A stretch of 64,000 nt of DNA from Marsupella aquatica (lineage: Eukaryota; Plantae; Marchantiophyta), in assembly GCA_973895155.1 (NCBI GenBank), contig OZ316896.1:9993525-10057524 (forward strand), read 5' to 3'. The position numbers were made by a program, and so were the translations under genes. The notes under the pieces were generated by a model. The model was not told where the DNA came from, searched no databases, and saw only the letters and a program-made list of their open reading frames with translations. The stretch's first letter is position 1. Each line of letters starts with the position of its first letter. Shown one piece after another: positions 25,031 to 39,016 of this stretch.

Positions 25031-27960
25031 AGCTAGGAAAAAAGACCTCTAGCGTGGCCCCTATATATTCTCATAGATGTTGAAGATTCAACCACATGTG
25101 ATAAGATCCTAGATATGCTTGAGATTTTGAACCTGGGTATGATGCCACATTACTTTGGAGAGGATAGGGGTCAAAGAAGGTAGGGGGATGCTGGTGACCT
25201 AATCCAATATGAGGCTATTCTAATTTCTAGGCCTTGAAATAATGGACTAAATGTTGGGTTTAGAGGTCAGTGGCCCTTAAAAACCTAGAGATGCTCTACG
25301 TGACGGCTCCAAGGAAGACACCCCAAACCTGCACTTATTTATGTTATGCACTATGTCATAAGTGCATGGCATATCATATATGCACTTCTCCATATGCTGC
25401 ATTATTCAATAACTGCATGTGAAATTGCCCATGCACTTCCCCATATGTCTTGTGAGGTCCTATACATTGGACTCCTCACACCCCTGACCCTCATAGTGAC
25501 AATTCAGCTGGATAAGTGCATGAAACCACCATATTTAGATTCCATTCATTTGGACTTATCAACAAATGCTTATAAGGTATGAATTGCAGTCATTAATAAA
25601 TGCATGTGCACTCTTATAGGCAAAAATGCATGTATGTATATCTTGTTTAGTGACATTGATCTACACTTACAGATGGTGCATTTTTGGTGCCTGTACAAAA
25701 GAAACTGTTGTAGTACTAGGGGACTACATGGCCAGCCTGCAGTTACCATGACTTGCAGTTATACTTGGTGCACTCATGCAGTGTACTGTATGGTACCAGA
25801 CTGTACCTGCCCGGCCTTGTCCAGTCAAGGCTAGCTAATTTCCAATGTTTTCCCTTTTAGCCAAGTAGCAAACTAATGATACCTTATGACAATCAAAAAA
25901 GATGCCCAGCACATTCCTTACTAGCCTGAAAATAGATGTTGAGTACCCTGTGCCTGTTTTGATTCCACCTCTAGGAGATCTGCATCAGTTTTGCAGCCCA
26001 AGGTTGCCAAAGGGAAAATCTTGCCCACAATATGGTCGGGGTGGACAGAGGGCGTTGCACCAGTGCCTTATAAAACCCACATTCAAACATATCCCCGAAT
26101 GCAAGAGCGCACCATGGCTGTCTAAAAAAATTGAGGGAATTACCTAGGAGGCCTGAGACGTCAACATGTGGCACAAGCAGGAGTGTAAATGTGGTTTGGT
26201 AGCATTGGCAAAAAGGAGAATAGGGACTTTAAAAAAAGGCCAAGTATTATGGTCAGGGAAAGGGTAGAGCAGCTTGGAAAAAGTTTGGTGATGCCTTTCA
26301 CCATTGCAAGCCCAAAAAATGCCCCTTGCTAGTCAGAATACCCAAGATTTGCTGGTAAATGGAAGTGAGTAGCATGTGCCCATTTCCAGTTCCACCCCCA
26401 ATAGAACCTCCAAAGGTGCCCCAGAGTCATGATCTAGAGGTTTCACTTCAGACCAAAGGCCTTTATAGTAGATGGCATTGTATTAGAGAGATGAAATTTT
26501 CCTAGATTATTTCATGACCATTAGATCCCCCTAGATTTAAGAATAACTGTCAGATTGTGTCTAATGGGGATCCCAGCTGGTGACAAACTGACGAATAGAA
26601 GACCAAAAGATGCCAAATTTTAGCCAAATTAAAGTGTAAAAATTTTAAGTTATTTTCTGGGAAGACTAGAGTTCCGTGAGGTCCGCCAACCTTTCTCATT
26701 TTCTGGGAAATTTGGCTTTCCATTGAGATAGGTCACAAACATATGTTTTGGCTAGATGACAGCAAAATACCTAAATTATTACACGTGGTGAACATTTAGG
26801 CTGAAAAAAATTGAAGTGGCTGGTAGTTATAAAAGGGCCTTTACAAGAACTCCACACTAGCAGATCTTTTCTTTTATGTGTGAGATGCAATCTTAGCCAT
26901 TCAAATGCATGTATAGGCCACATTTGAGTTTACATGAACATGGGGCACCATAAGGCAAATCCATTACCAATCCTACTGTAGCGATTTTTTTTAATTTAAA
27001 AATCCTACTGTAGCGATATACTAGTGGGTAGCTTTTTCTGGCTAAATACCTTTCAAAGGACAGCAAAATGGCCCAAATAAATTTTCGAACTATTTACGTT
27101 GCAAACTATGTAATATTCCTTAAAGGGCCACTAAGCATGACAAAACCTACCAAGTTTCACCATTAAAAACAGAATAACACAGTAAAATAGAAGAGGGTAT
27201 ATGAAATGTATAAATTTTGGGAAATTGTGGGAAATCTTAAACACCTCCCCCTTGTACATGGCCTTGGCGGTTCAATGCTCCGACACGGTTTTCGGAGTTT
27301 CACAAATTACTCTAATTGTATTGTCTCGGTGGCTCACATTTAAATTTTTATTTATTTATTGCGTCACTAAGTTACTGTGTGTGTCCAATAGCGGTCAGGA
27401 TTCATGCTCTGCGAAGGCAGAGCTGACCGACCATCGTGGTTTCCGAGAGTAGCGGTGGGAATGTGGGTTTGGTGTAACCTGTAACTTTCTGACGTTCAAA
27501 CCCCAGCGACGCTACAAAATAAAGCCACGTAAACAGGGACCTAAAAAGTTGCCTTGAGCAGGTGCAATTGGGCTCCCAACGGAGGGCTCTAATGAGCTCA
27601 GTACACTGTAGGAGATCTGAGTAGGTTGCACTCCAGGATCCATTTCTGACCGTCCAACCTCGATGTTAGCGGTCTGCCCCACGTTAATTTGCACGTGTCA
27701 TCCCCACCCCGCCTCCCCGACACTGGGAAGCGGCAGCCCGTAGCCGCCATGAATTCTATTTTTAAAATATTTTTGGTTTGGTTTCTTTTAAACGTCTCTT
27801 TTGTTGTTTCCCTTGTTTGGCCTCTTTATTGGATCTCGTGGCGGCCTCTTTTATTGGGTCTCTTGCCTTTGGATCCTGTCGGTAGATTTGTCCTTTTCTG
27901 TTCTCTGGATTGATGTCCAGCAGTCCAGTCATCTTTCCTTAATTAATTACGTGCATCTAT

Positions 27961-28046
27961 CCCAGGAATAAACTTCTCATATGCACTCCCAGGAATAAAC
28001 TTCTCATATGCACTCCCAGGAATAAACTTCTCATATGCACTCCCAG
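27961..28046. repeat. Perfect tandem repeat, 3 x 27 bp
   Basis: cccaggaataaacttctcatatgcact x3, followed by cccag. Confidence 0.95.
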
Positions 28047-29301
28047 TGGCTTTGCACTAAGTGATGATAAGTGCCCCCGTGTGGAGCAGGCCCGTTTGTC
28101 AGCAAACATTCTTGTGATTCTCACCCTCAATTTGTTTATTCCTCCACTAGATGTGATGGAGTACCTCACAATCGCAATTTCTAGTATATGGAAAAGTACC
28201 ATGCACTCATGAGTAAGTGTAAGTAAACAGAATTGTGCAAATACTGATCAATTTTCAATTCTTATCAAGGGTTTGTACTTTATCTAGTTGTCATTTAGCA
28301 TCTTTTTGGCCTGTTTGCACTTTTAAAAAATGCACATTCCACAGGAAAAAAAGGAAGATCAGGAAGCCTGTACAGCTTCAAAACTTTGGAACTATAAAGA
28401 ACACAAAAAACTGTTTTAGAGGCGGGGCTATTACTTTGACTTTTCCTAATGTCAATAGGGTAGACTGATATTGTGGATTTTCTCCTCAGTTCGTTGAATG
28501 CATTCTTGTGGGCCTCCGTTTGAGCTTAAAGGACCACTTTACTAGAAAGGGCCAAACTAAGTACGATGAAATAAAAGCCAAAGAGGTCCAGAAAACAAAT
28601 ACTAAACTCAAAAGAAAGGGCAAATGCAAATCTCAAATAGAAGAAGAGAACACAACACTAAAATCAAATGAAGAGGGCAAATACAAATCCCCAAAACCTA
28701 GAAGAAGATAAGTTGTTGTGTTTCCCAAAAAGCGATCGTGAGGTCAGTCGTTCATGTGGCTAGGATGAGAATCTCTTACGTTAATTTAATTACTTGTCGA
28801 GATTATGTGCCTTACATGCACTGTGCATGTATGGCGATGTGGTCAATGTCACATACTTGTCATTGCTCTACCCTTGAGAAACTTTTCTTGTGACGCAACC
28901 TATAAGAAGAGGAATTGTTTGAGGGCCATACTAAGAGCCCAGATTGAACGAAAGCATCCATGCTGGAGGGACAGGACTGAGCTCAGTCTATATTGAATTT
29001 GAGATTGATGAGTACATTTCTACAGCCGAGCCCACCTATTCCTGGTCCGGATTGTTTTTAGCAAATTTTAAATTTGCCAACAATAATCGATCATTGACAT
29101 TATTCATTGTGACAAGGGATGCATGCTTTAGTTGTTGTTCTAGAAGGTGGCAAGGGATTTGGATTAGATTAATATCAACTGATCCAGCAACAAGTCATGT
29201 TATAGGGTTTATATGAAAATGAGCTCAAGGAGCTAGGTTCAAGAGAGGCATTCAATCATCTCTCCCCTCATCTATCAAGCAAAAAGGGAATACCTAAGAA
29301 A

Positions 29302-32300
29302 ATGCCTCCAAAGAAACCCACAGGTTCTCGGGCTCAGCAAGCTCCTGGAGGCAAAAAGCAAAGAGCTCTTGAAAAGAAGATAGAGAAGGGTATGACCAGC
29401 TTTCTTTGTCCACAAGTACATGAATGTGACACTGTGGTGTAACTGAAGCAGTATCATTAACTCAATGTCATGGATTGTACCTTGTCCATGTCTGTGCTCT
29501 TTGTTTTGTTGGGAAGGATGATAAGACAAGAATAGTTGTATTTACTTTTGATTTGCAGAATTGACAATTGTGTGTCTGCCAGACACGTGAGTGCCTAACC
29601 AAATCTTTTTGCCTGCAGAGAGAATTAAAGAGGTTATTCGCCGCACAGAGCAAGGTTTGTTAGTCACAACTTTCTCCACTCTTGAAAGTGGATACTCTAG
29701 AAACTTATACATGCAGCATTTACAGTAGCTTTCCCATCTTCCTTCTCAGAACTTGATTGGAAGCTCCTTTGCTGATCCTCCGTTATGATAATTTGCAATA
29801 TAGACTAAGTCATGCATAAGTATCAGATACACTTAGAGTTTTATTGCAAGAATTGTATGTATTCCAACAATCACTCTTATGAGGAAAATTAACACCTTTA
29901 ACACTTAGACTTCCTTTGCAAGAATTGTAAGTATTCCAGCAACCACTGTTATGAGGAAAATTAACACATTTAACAATCAGGTTAGAAAATCCAGCTCTAA
30001 TCAGTATCATTGAATAGACTACCTCTTGGTAGCTGCTCATCAACAGCATATTATTGGGACTTAATGATTTAAATCCAGATCTAAATGTGATGTGAAGTAA
30101 TTTTATTAATGAGAAAATATAGTTGTAGTGTAGTCACAGTGTGTGACAATGTTGGCGAGAGATTGTTGATTTTAGAGGACACACCAACACATTTGTATAT
30201 TCTTTGAAAACTACATTCTCTGACCTAATGGTTTCTGTAACACCTCTGCCAGAGAAACTACAAAGAGATTATGAAGAAACCATCAGACTGGCTGAGGAAG
30301 CAAGGATTGCAAAAGAAGCACACGATGCATACATGAAGGCTGAGGTCGACCGCTTGGAAAGGGAAAGGGAAAGTATGATTTCCTTTTACAGTTGGCGAAA
30401 GGCAGAGATCACTAACATTGAAGCTAAAGCCAAGGAGGCAGCTGCTGTATGTTAACTTTAAAATCTCCTTCATGAGAAAACACGAATTGCTACAGTTCAT
30501 GTATCATCCTAAAGCAAATGAACATATTGGTCTAATCCTAGAGTAGGATTCTGCAATCCCCACACCCGAAACTCCCCCACCATATGCATTGAAAAGAAAA
30601 CATCCCATTATTTCACTGAATTCCAATGCTTGGTCTAAAGGACACTAGGATCACCACTATATGACACTTCTCTCAATGTTCTACTATCCATCCATATAGA
30701 CTATAATTCACAATTGAAGTCTACTGTTTGTGACCTGCTTTGTACGGTGAAGCTTTAGGCCATAAATTCAATAGTAACAGAACATTTTGAGATGAAGACT
30801 ATGCTTGTGAAGAGGGACGGGCATGGGGAGTCTGGGAACAGTGAGCCCTTCTTAAGCATAAGCATGGGTATTTGGGCTAGTGAACAAAATCGTACTATAA
30901 TTGATTGTAGGGACTGAAATAGTTTTGTTTCTATACCCCATGTTCTTCTACTCAGGTAATAAACCCGGGTAATAAACAGGTCTAAGAGTTGGCTGAAACC
31001 TTTGAGCCTGGCTTTGGTGTGGCAGTGGAAGAGGTTTCTTGAAAGCTCGAGACTTCCACATGCATCAAACGAGGCTGCCATCAACACATTCTTGGATGTC
31101 ATGAGAGAAACCTTTGACCAAGAGCTTGATCCACTAGTTCAAACTCTGATTGACATATTCACGGTAAACAACTCCAAGCTTGTTGTGGTCTCAACCCAAA
31201 CCTACACAGGCATTGACTGACCAATTATTGTTAAGCAAGAGACAATTAAAGTCAGACAGGCCAGATGATAAAATAGATGATGCTGTGTGGCAAGATTATT
31301 TGAGTTTGTTAATACAAAGGAGACCAGCTACAAACCATTTTGTATATAATTAAAACAGTGCAGAAGAACAAAACCCTTTGGAGACAGTCTCGCATTGAAA
31401 AGCAAAACAACCCAATGAAGGGAGGGTTTTGACTCAAGTTACAATGAAGGTCTTGCAATTCCTTGAGGGGTTAGGTATAGTAATTCATTTCTCCATGTGT
31501 TCTACAGGTGGCAACTGGTGCAGAAGAAATTCGTCTGACAAGAGAGTCGAAAGGAGATGCTGATGGTGTAGCAATGTAAACGCATGGGCATTGTCAAACA
31601 CCTTTGGAAGTTGTGAGATAGCCTTTTGTCCTCCAGGATCATGTGAAGTAGTTGTCAATACTATTTATAATGCAAAGTAATTCAGTGTAATTACCTGAGA
31701 GGCCTGGTCAATGTATATATTTTTCCAGAATTACTGGGTTCTCCTAGACACAAACTAACTATTCCCACAGTCACACACAAACCAACAGTTATGTGCGTAG
31801 TCTAAAGCAAGATTCCAGGCATTAGTTAGAGAGATTTGCAACTTAAACAAACAATACTCAGTAACCATGGATTCATATGCTGAGCATTTGTTGATGTTTT
31901 GCCCATGGACCCTCCATCTGTTCATCAAGTGGTTTTTGAATCCCTTGCCCCGGCCCGCTTCTCTTGGTAGCACTAAGTTCATTGAGTTTTCATACAATTG
32001 ACTGGACCCATTAGCTATGCCAAACAAGTAGAGGTAGTTATAACAGGCCCTATGTGAAACTCCTATTTAAGCTTGTTTTTTAATAAGAAGAGATCCGCAG
32101 TTTCACAAGATATTACCTGTTACCTCGTCCCATATTGACCTCAAACTTATTTCCGTAGGAGGCCTAAATATGTTTCTAATTTTCTGGAAGCTTCCCTACT
32201 ACCAAACTGTCACTTGAAGTCGAGTCTTATTACTCACAAGGAATATTTCTGTTGCAATGTGACTCACTCACTCAAGTGTCTAGTTTTGTTTTCAATTCTT

Positions 32301-35300
32301 GCCTACCCTAGCTCACCTAGAAACTTCTTGAAAATTTTGTTTCAGATATCAAAACTACCTTCAACAACTCCAAGAGCTAGCAGATTGGCGTGTTGATCAG
32401 ACCACTGCCTATTTACTCCATGTAAGGTGATAGTTGTCATCACTTTCAGCTTCTCAAAATCATGGCTTTTGCATTTGCTTTTCTGGAGTTTAATTCAATC
32501 AAATCAGTTAATCATATGGTGTATGTGTGAATTACCTGGGTGTATGTTTGAATTACCTGGGTTCATGTGATGTTAAGTAAGACTTAGGAAGTGATATTAT
32601 GGGAATTCAAGTACTAGATAAGAATCAAATCCCAATGGATTCTTCTGAGTTACAAATTCTTTTACACATGAATGGTTTCTTTGGCACTTGTTTTCTCCCA
32701 TTTAATGGGTGTCGTACCTTTGGGATCATGTCTCCCATTTGGAGCTTGGTGTTTTTTGGCAGCTAGAGTGATATATAATGGTTTGTTGAATTGTTGCAAC
32801 ATTATTATTTAGATACCATTTTGTAGAATGCATTAGAATGAAATAAGTAAACAATGTTGTGCTTTGTGTTGTGAGAGGTCAAGTATATAGTTAGGAGTAC
32901 TTTCCATACTATGAGGACATGTAAAATCTACAGGTACACAATCTGTGGAAGGAAATCCATGACAGAGGGCTATATGCACTGAAGTTTTTCAGACAATTTT
33001 TGCTGGTGTATGTGTTACAGAGATCATATGAATACTGGAGGGATAATCAAGAGAACATATTTTGCGCGAGTGCCAACAACTGGAAAATTGCTTTTTGGAT
33101 TAACCATGCAAAGAATCCTCGATTTCGCACATTGGAACTTCCTAAAGTGGACGTTGTATTCAACCTTCCCAAACAATTTGCATTAGCAAATGTTGCCATT
33201 CGCTTGCAACATAGGATGGTTGATCCTGTTTTGAAGTCCCTCAATGTGTACATGGCAATTGTAAGTAACAAACTTTGATCAAGACAGTTACTAAAGGAAT
33301 TTTTACTTTGTCAATGACTGGTGGAGGACTACATGACCTTGCACTAAGTTCTTTTTGCACTGTAGAAACGATGAAAAGGGGTTTCAAAAGGTTAACACAC
33401 TCAATTAGTGATCACTATCTGGTGACTTTATGACCACGGCAGGGTGGCACATTTGTGATAGATGTCCTTGGCCTACCACCGCCTTCAAAAATTGTGAAGA
33501 ATTGGACACTGGACCAAGGTGAGGGACCCTTGTCCTTCATATATGTAACTCTTTTATTTCTCCACGAAGTGTTTGATTCTAGGTGCACATGGTTGCATAC
33601 TCCATCACACAGTAGATATATCTTGAAAGTAGGAAAAATGTCAGTACTTGAGTTGACTTAACCCATGAAAACACGTGTTTAAGTGTTGAAACTACCATTA
33701 CGTGACTGTGGCTAGGACTTGTAAGGGCTAACAACCAGAGTACTAGGGTGAAAAGTTTTGGAGGGACAACATGGATCCAAACCTCTCGGGAAGCTTGTGT
33801 TTAACTCAACCATATTTTAACACTTAATTGACCATATGAATATCTAAAGTTCCAACCAATATTTGAAGCTGCTATATGGTGAAAGCACATTTCAGATTTT
33901 GTCTTATTCGGATTTTTGTGTCATGTATTTTCATTTCAATCTGCCTTATCAAGGGGCAGCCTTTGTATTCTATACATTTTTAATTAATTTTTAGACCCCT
34001 TTAGTTTTAGGTATTCTAGAGTCTTTTGAACTTATTTTGGCAGCCCCCTTTCACACTATGTGTTTTCTTAGAGATGAAACCAAAGGCTCCACCACCACGA
34101 GTGAGAGAAATGATGCTGAAGAACATGAATGCATAGCCTCTTAAGTTCTCTTCATGTTTAATTTTCTTTCCTAGGTTTATGGTTTTTATTGAAAGGAGTG
34201 TCATTCATAAGGCACCCTGAGTTAAGTGCACACATCGTAGCATCATCGTTTGACTGTACCTTTTTTGGTCACTGTGATTTTCTTGGCAGACACTCTACTT
34301 ATATAACAGCACTTCTATGCTCTCATATTTTATTTACTTTCAGATCACTACAAGACAAAAAATAAAGCATGTTCCAGGATGAGCATGCTATATATCTGAA
34401 CTGTGCACCAAACCATGCATTGATTAGGCTATGGATATCTAGTAACAAAAATTAAGGATGTTGGTATTACATCCCATACTCAAACATGTGATCTATCATA
34501 TTATCCTGAAAATGTTTCACAGGTTCTTCATCACTCTCAACCCTTATACGGATTGGCTATCCAATACCTGTGATTGGGCAAGCAATGCCACTCCCAGGAG
34601 CTGTGTTGCCTATTAGTGTCATATTTTTTCTCCCAGCTGATATCATTCATTTGAAAGATGTTCCAGAAATTGGTTGGTGGGATGAGGTGCATACTTTTCA
34701 TTCAAAATTGTTCTCACAAGTTCCTCTAATCCTCAAAGATCTGAACCTTTATGTTTATTCATTGATGTATACAAAAGAGAATGGTTGCATTTGTTTCATA
34801 TTCTGTACTATATAACATGTAATAATGGCTCAGATATCCTGAACAAACATTTTAGCCTTAGCAACATCCATATTGGTTTCATTTTTCAATATCCTATCTT
34901 GTTCAACTTGAGTGTTCTACCCTTACAACAAGTGTAGTTGTTATAAGCAACAACTGTAAGTAACAATATATATATTTGGTTGTTGTATACTAGGTTCTCA
35001 ACCTAACTTGATCTTTCAATAGGAACAACAATTGTGGCAAAAAGAGGGCATAAGTGATGTTTTGTATGAACCAGGCTCGCGAAAGTTGACCCTCCAAACA
35101 ACCAAAGCAAAGATTATGGCAGTGATCCATGTAATGACATCACCCACCTTGCATCCAATCAAAACATTATTTCAACATAATATAAAAAATAGTGACAAGC
35201 ACATTCAAGTGTCTTTTAGATCTTCTGATTTCACTATTAAATTTATTATTAAATAGTGTAAATTCAGTCTAAGAGTGAAGGTCTCCTCACTCTGTCTATC

Positions 35301-38257
35301 CAACCATCTAGTCTAAATGAAAAACTAACAGAATGATTGTTGAACATGACCATGTGGGACAAAGTAGAATCGAGTGAGCCAATTTCCATACATCTCGTGG
35401 AGCATACGTCCAATATCAAGACAGGAGGCATTGATGACTTTGGTCACCCCCTTGATGACCTTCACCATTGAAATTGGAGTTGGATGGTGCAAAATGAAAA
35501 GTCCTGAATTCCCAGAGTGCAAGTCTTTTGCAAACGAGGAAGTGCCACCAAAAGTGATGTTGAAGGTATTAATAACGTAGTTCAAGAGCTCTTGGTGGCT
35601 GAGCCATTGTAATTCCTCCATTGTTTACATGCGCAGTTTAATGAGATTAGGATAAGACAGTGTCAGCCGTTATATAAGCTTAAAAAATAACTGTAAGCAA
35701 TGGACATTTTAAAGTTCACCAGTGTGCTCTACAGTACTCTTGCCAAGTCATTCACTCTTTTGCCAAGTTTGATTGTCACTTAAATACAATAAGTTCATAG
35801 GCAGTGGGAGTAGCAACACGTGGTAGTCATTTTGTGGACATCTTTAATCGTGACATGGAGGTGAGGTTCCCTCTTTTGGGCACACTTTATCTTAGAAATA
35901 TGCATGTCTTTTGATGATAGAGATTCTCAAAGTGTGGAATTCATTTGATGCCCACGGATGATGATGCTCCTCACATCACGGCCACAGTTAAAGTGAGACT
36001 TCCAACCCGCCCAACCCACCCAACCCAATACTTGTTAAACATTACTGGACGCAAGCTTATCTCTCAACACCTTTTAGAGGTTCTTTGTTTGTTAATTGTT
36101 GCATAAATTATGGTGTTTTCTTCTTATTAGAAATAGAAATAAAAGAACGCTATATTTCAGTTTAACCCAGAGATAAGCTAGTACCATATATAAGTATAAG
36201 CACCAACATATAAGTACACTGATTTGACGTTTGACAAGTTACTTCCCTAGCCAATTACATGGTAATGTGTTGGCGACCTTTGTGTGTTGACATAGTATCA
36301 ATAAGTTTAAGTCACCAGGTTCATTGGCTTGAGAGCTATGATATTATTTGATTAATTTCATTAATAACTTAACAATTTCATACAACTATGGTGGACTGGC
36401 TGATCATCAAGGACCATGAATTGGAGAGATTTGTCTGCATTGACATGGCATTTGCTTCTCCTGGATTCACACTCGCAAGTAGCAAGTGGAATGCCTGGGT
36501 TGGCAAGGACAATTGTATAGTACGGCTTCTGGAAATTCTCGACCCAGTAGCTCCTCCAACTTTGGAAAAGGTAACTATCCCCACTTCCCATTGCTGTTCC
36601 ACATCTATTCTAAATCTATTCTAAAAGAAGAGATTATCAAGGACTTTTGGCTTTTTCTGTTTTCCAACTCTCTTAGACACTGATTAAGTGCATGAAGTAA
36701 ATGTCCCTAGAAAGAAATCCATTGCAGCATAGAAACATGACTTTTTCCTGGGGATTTCTCTGCAATAGAGCATCTGTGAGGGCATAGCCTTGAGAGAGGA
36801 CTTTTTCCATGAACAGCTTTTTCCTAACTTATCCCCCAAACTGCTTGATATTACTAACGTGCCCCCCAAACAAAATTATTTATCAATCCGTCCCTCATTT
36901 TGTATTTGGGTTAGTATTGACTTGTATATGGGTTCCTGGTGCCATGAGGCAAGTTGTTACTGGCTAGCCTTAACTTTCTGCGACCCCCCTTGCCCCACCC
37001 CTTCCCCTTCCCTGTTGCAGGGCACAGCTACAGGTCTGGGAGGGCAACAAACTGTCCTTTTTTGCCCCACACTCCCCTCACAAAACGCTTTTAGCGCTCA
37101 TTTTTATTAAAACATATACAGTGGGAAAAGGGAACGGCCCGGGGAAGGGGAACGGAGGGTGGTCGCGGCGAGTTAAGGCTCATGACAACAGGAACCCGTA
37201 TACAAGTTAATACTAAACCAAATTCAAAATGGAGGGCGGCTTGATAATTAATTTTGTTTGGGGGGTACATAGTTTGGGTTAATAAAAATCTGTTTCCATG
37301 AAATGAGAAATTTTGAAGGGTATGGAAGTCAATAGCTAAAGATTCATGTGTACACTATAGAATTAATTAAAGAATAATGCCATTAATTCAGTAATATCCA
37401 TTTAGGGCAAGAGCATGGTCTCTACAAATACATACCTTGTAGCCCTGAAAGGCCCTGACAGTAAACTGGTTTATTTTGTGATACAGAGTAAATCAGTGAA
37501 GCATTTGAATTATACCATTAAGGGACCCGCTCTTGCTGAGTTAGCAGAAAAGGCCACAGAATATGAAGAGGTTTTATTGTCTGAGGTAATGGCCATCGTC
37601 TTCGTTCATCTTTACCCACCATTATCATAGACTTCCAATCATGGAATAACTAGCAACTAATTTCACGATGGCCTTTCAAACACAGTTCAATATATTAATA
37701 AATTCAGCAGATTGGCATATGTTATGAGCCATGATAGTGACAAGTTATGATTGTGTAACTACAAACCCTGAAGTTCTCAAACACTACAAAGCAACAAATG
37801 CAATCTTATTAATATGCTAGAAAGTTCTGGTCTATGTTAAGAAATAACAGCAAGTAAAAAAGAAAAAAATGCCTTCAGTTGATCTTATACACTTTGACTT
37901 AGGTGTAGAAATGCCAAATGTTTTCATTGTGACAGCTACATTTCAGACTCTTTTGTGTCCCTTTATAGTATAAATAAAAAATTGCATTCAGATGCACAAC
38001 ACTATGGGATCACTACAGTAGATGTCTATATCCCTGAATTCACAACTAAAACTGAGCATGTTAAAAAAGTGTTAGAATGACTACTAAAGCATTGATGTAA
38101 TGGTAATTTCTCCCAGCATCATGCTAGTTTACTGTTAGCGATGAGCGACCAAGTTTCCCAAGAATCCATGAATACAATCATGAGAGGCAATGCACTTTTT
38201 ACAGAAACTGTGAAGGATCTTGCATTTGCTCTCCGGCTCTTTACTTTTGGGCCTTGA
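29302..38257 (+). CDS. DNAI7: Dynein axonemal intermediate chain 7 / CASC1 / IC97 homolog (inner-arm I1/f dynein subunit); ~618 aa, 15 exons
   Basis: Exons 29302-29389, 29619-29654, 30253-30446, 31026-31163, 31508-31575, 32346-32421, 33021-33260, 33443-33518, 34523-34686, 35023-35130, 35368-35565, 35921-35992, 36412-36570, 37487-37585, 38117-38257. All introns are GT-AG and the total of 1857 nt is in frame. It starts MPPKK with a coiled coil, then WKRFLESSRLP..INTFL, WINHAKNPRF, SSKWN and C-terminal FTETVKDL..ALRLFTF, which match my recollection of the CASC1 family. Confidence 0.82.
29829..29975. repeat. Intronic tandem duplication, 72-bp unit
   Basis: acacttaga...ttgcaagaattgta.gtattcca.caa.cact.ttatgaggaaaattaacac starts at 29829 and 29901. 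Confidence 0.85.
36859..37268. mobile_element. ~410-bp foldback/MITE with long terminal inverted repeats, in DNAI7 intron 13
   Basis: Left arm gtgccccccaaacaaaatta...ttagtattgacttgtatatgggttcct...catgag...ccttaact...cccttccc mirrors right arm gggaagggg...agttaaggctcatga...aggaacccgtatacaagttaatactaa...taattttgtttggggggtac. Confidence 0.85.
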
Positions 38258-38974
38258 CATGTCACTTGGTTATGAGCATATGAAGAATTTATAAATTTAG
38301 CAATGATAAGATGGAAAGGTTCATCAAGCAGCCTTGTAAGCCAACTAAGGCTGTGGGTGGCATGCTATTGTGTGTGGGTACTTTCAGCAAGAATTTCTTA
38401 CATTTGACGGACATGCACAAATTTCCTTGGAGTTGTGAAATTAAGATATTACCATAGCAAGGCTTTGGAATTGTACTAGCATGAGTTTCTACTGCCTTAG
38501 TTAGTTAATATTGAAAGCAAGGGGATATTTACAAACTCTTCATTGGAGTTCCTACAAGGTGAGAAATGGATGTTAGCTTAGCAACAAATTAATTGATATC
38601 TGCAGTTAGTGAGGGTTCTCCTTAGTCGCCATCTTTTATATGAACCAACCCTCAATATTGTAATTTTGACTCAAGTTGGTTGCTACCGGCAATTTGATGT
38701 TGTTGTGGCTGATAGTGTCCACGTGGCCTTTGCATGATATGCTCTTACCCAGACCTTTGCATTGGGATTCATGCCCTAACACACAATAGTCATGTACATT
38801 TACCTTGGATAGTATTCTTGCTTAAGCTTAGACTTGGTTGGCGTAATTAGCTGATAAGGGTTTGACTTGTGCTCTGCAACACCCTGCATTTCATGTTATA
38901 TTCTACATCTCTTAATGACACCTTTTGTGAGACCCATCCTCTGTCAGAGTAGTAATCGTCCTAGACCATGTGCT

Positions 38975-39016
38975 GTACCCTAACAAGCGTACCCTAACAA
39001 GCGTACCCTAACAAGC
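38975..39016. repeat. Tandem repeat, 3 x 14 bp
   Basis: gtaccctaacaagc x3. Confidence 0.9.
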
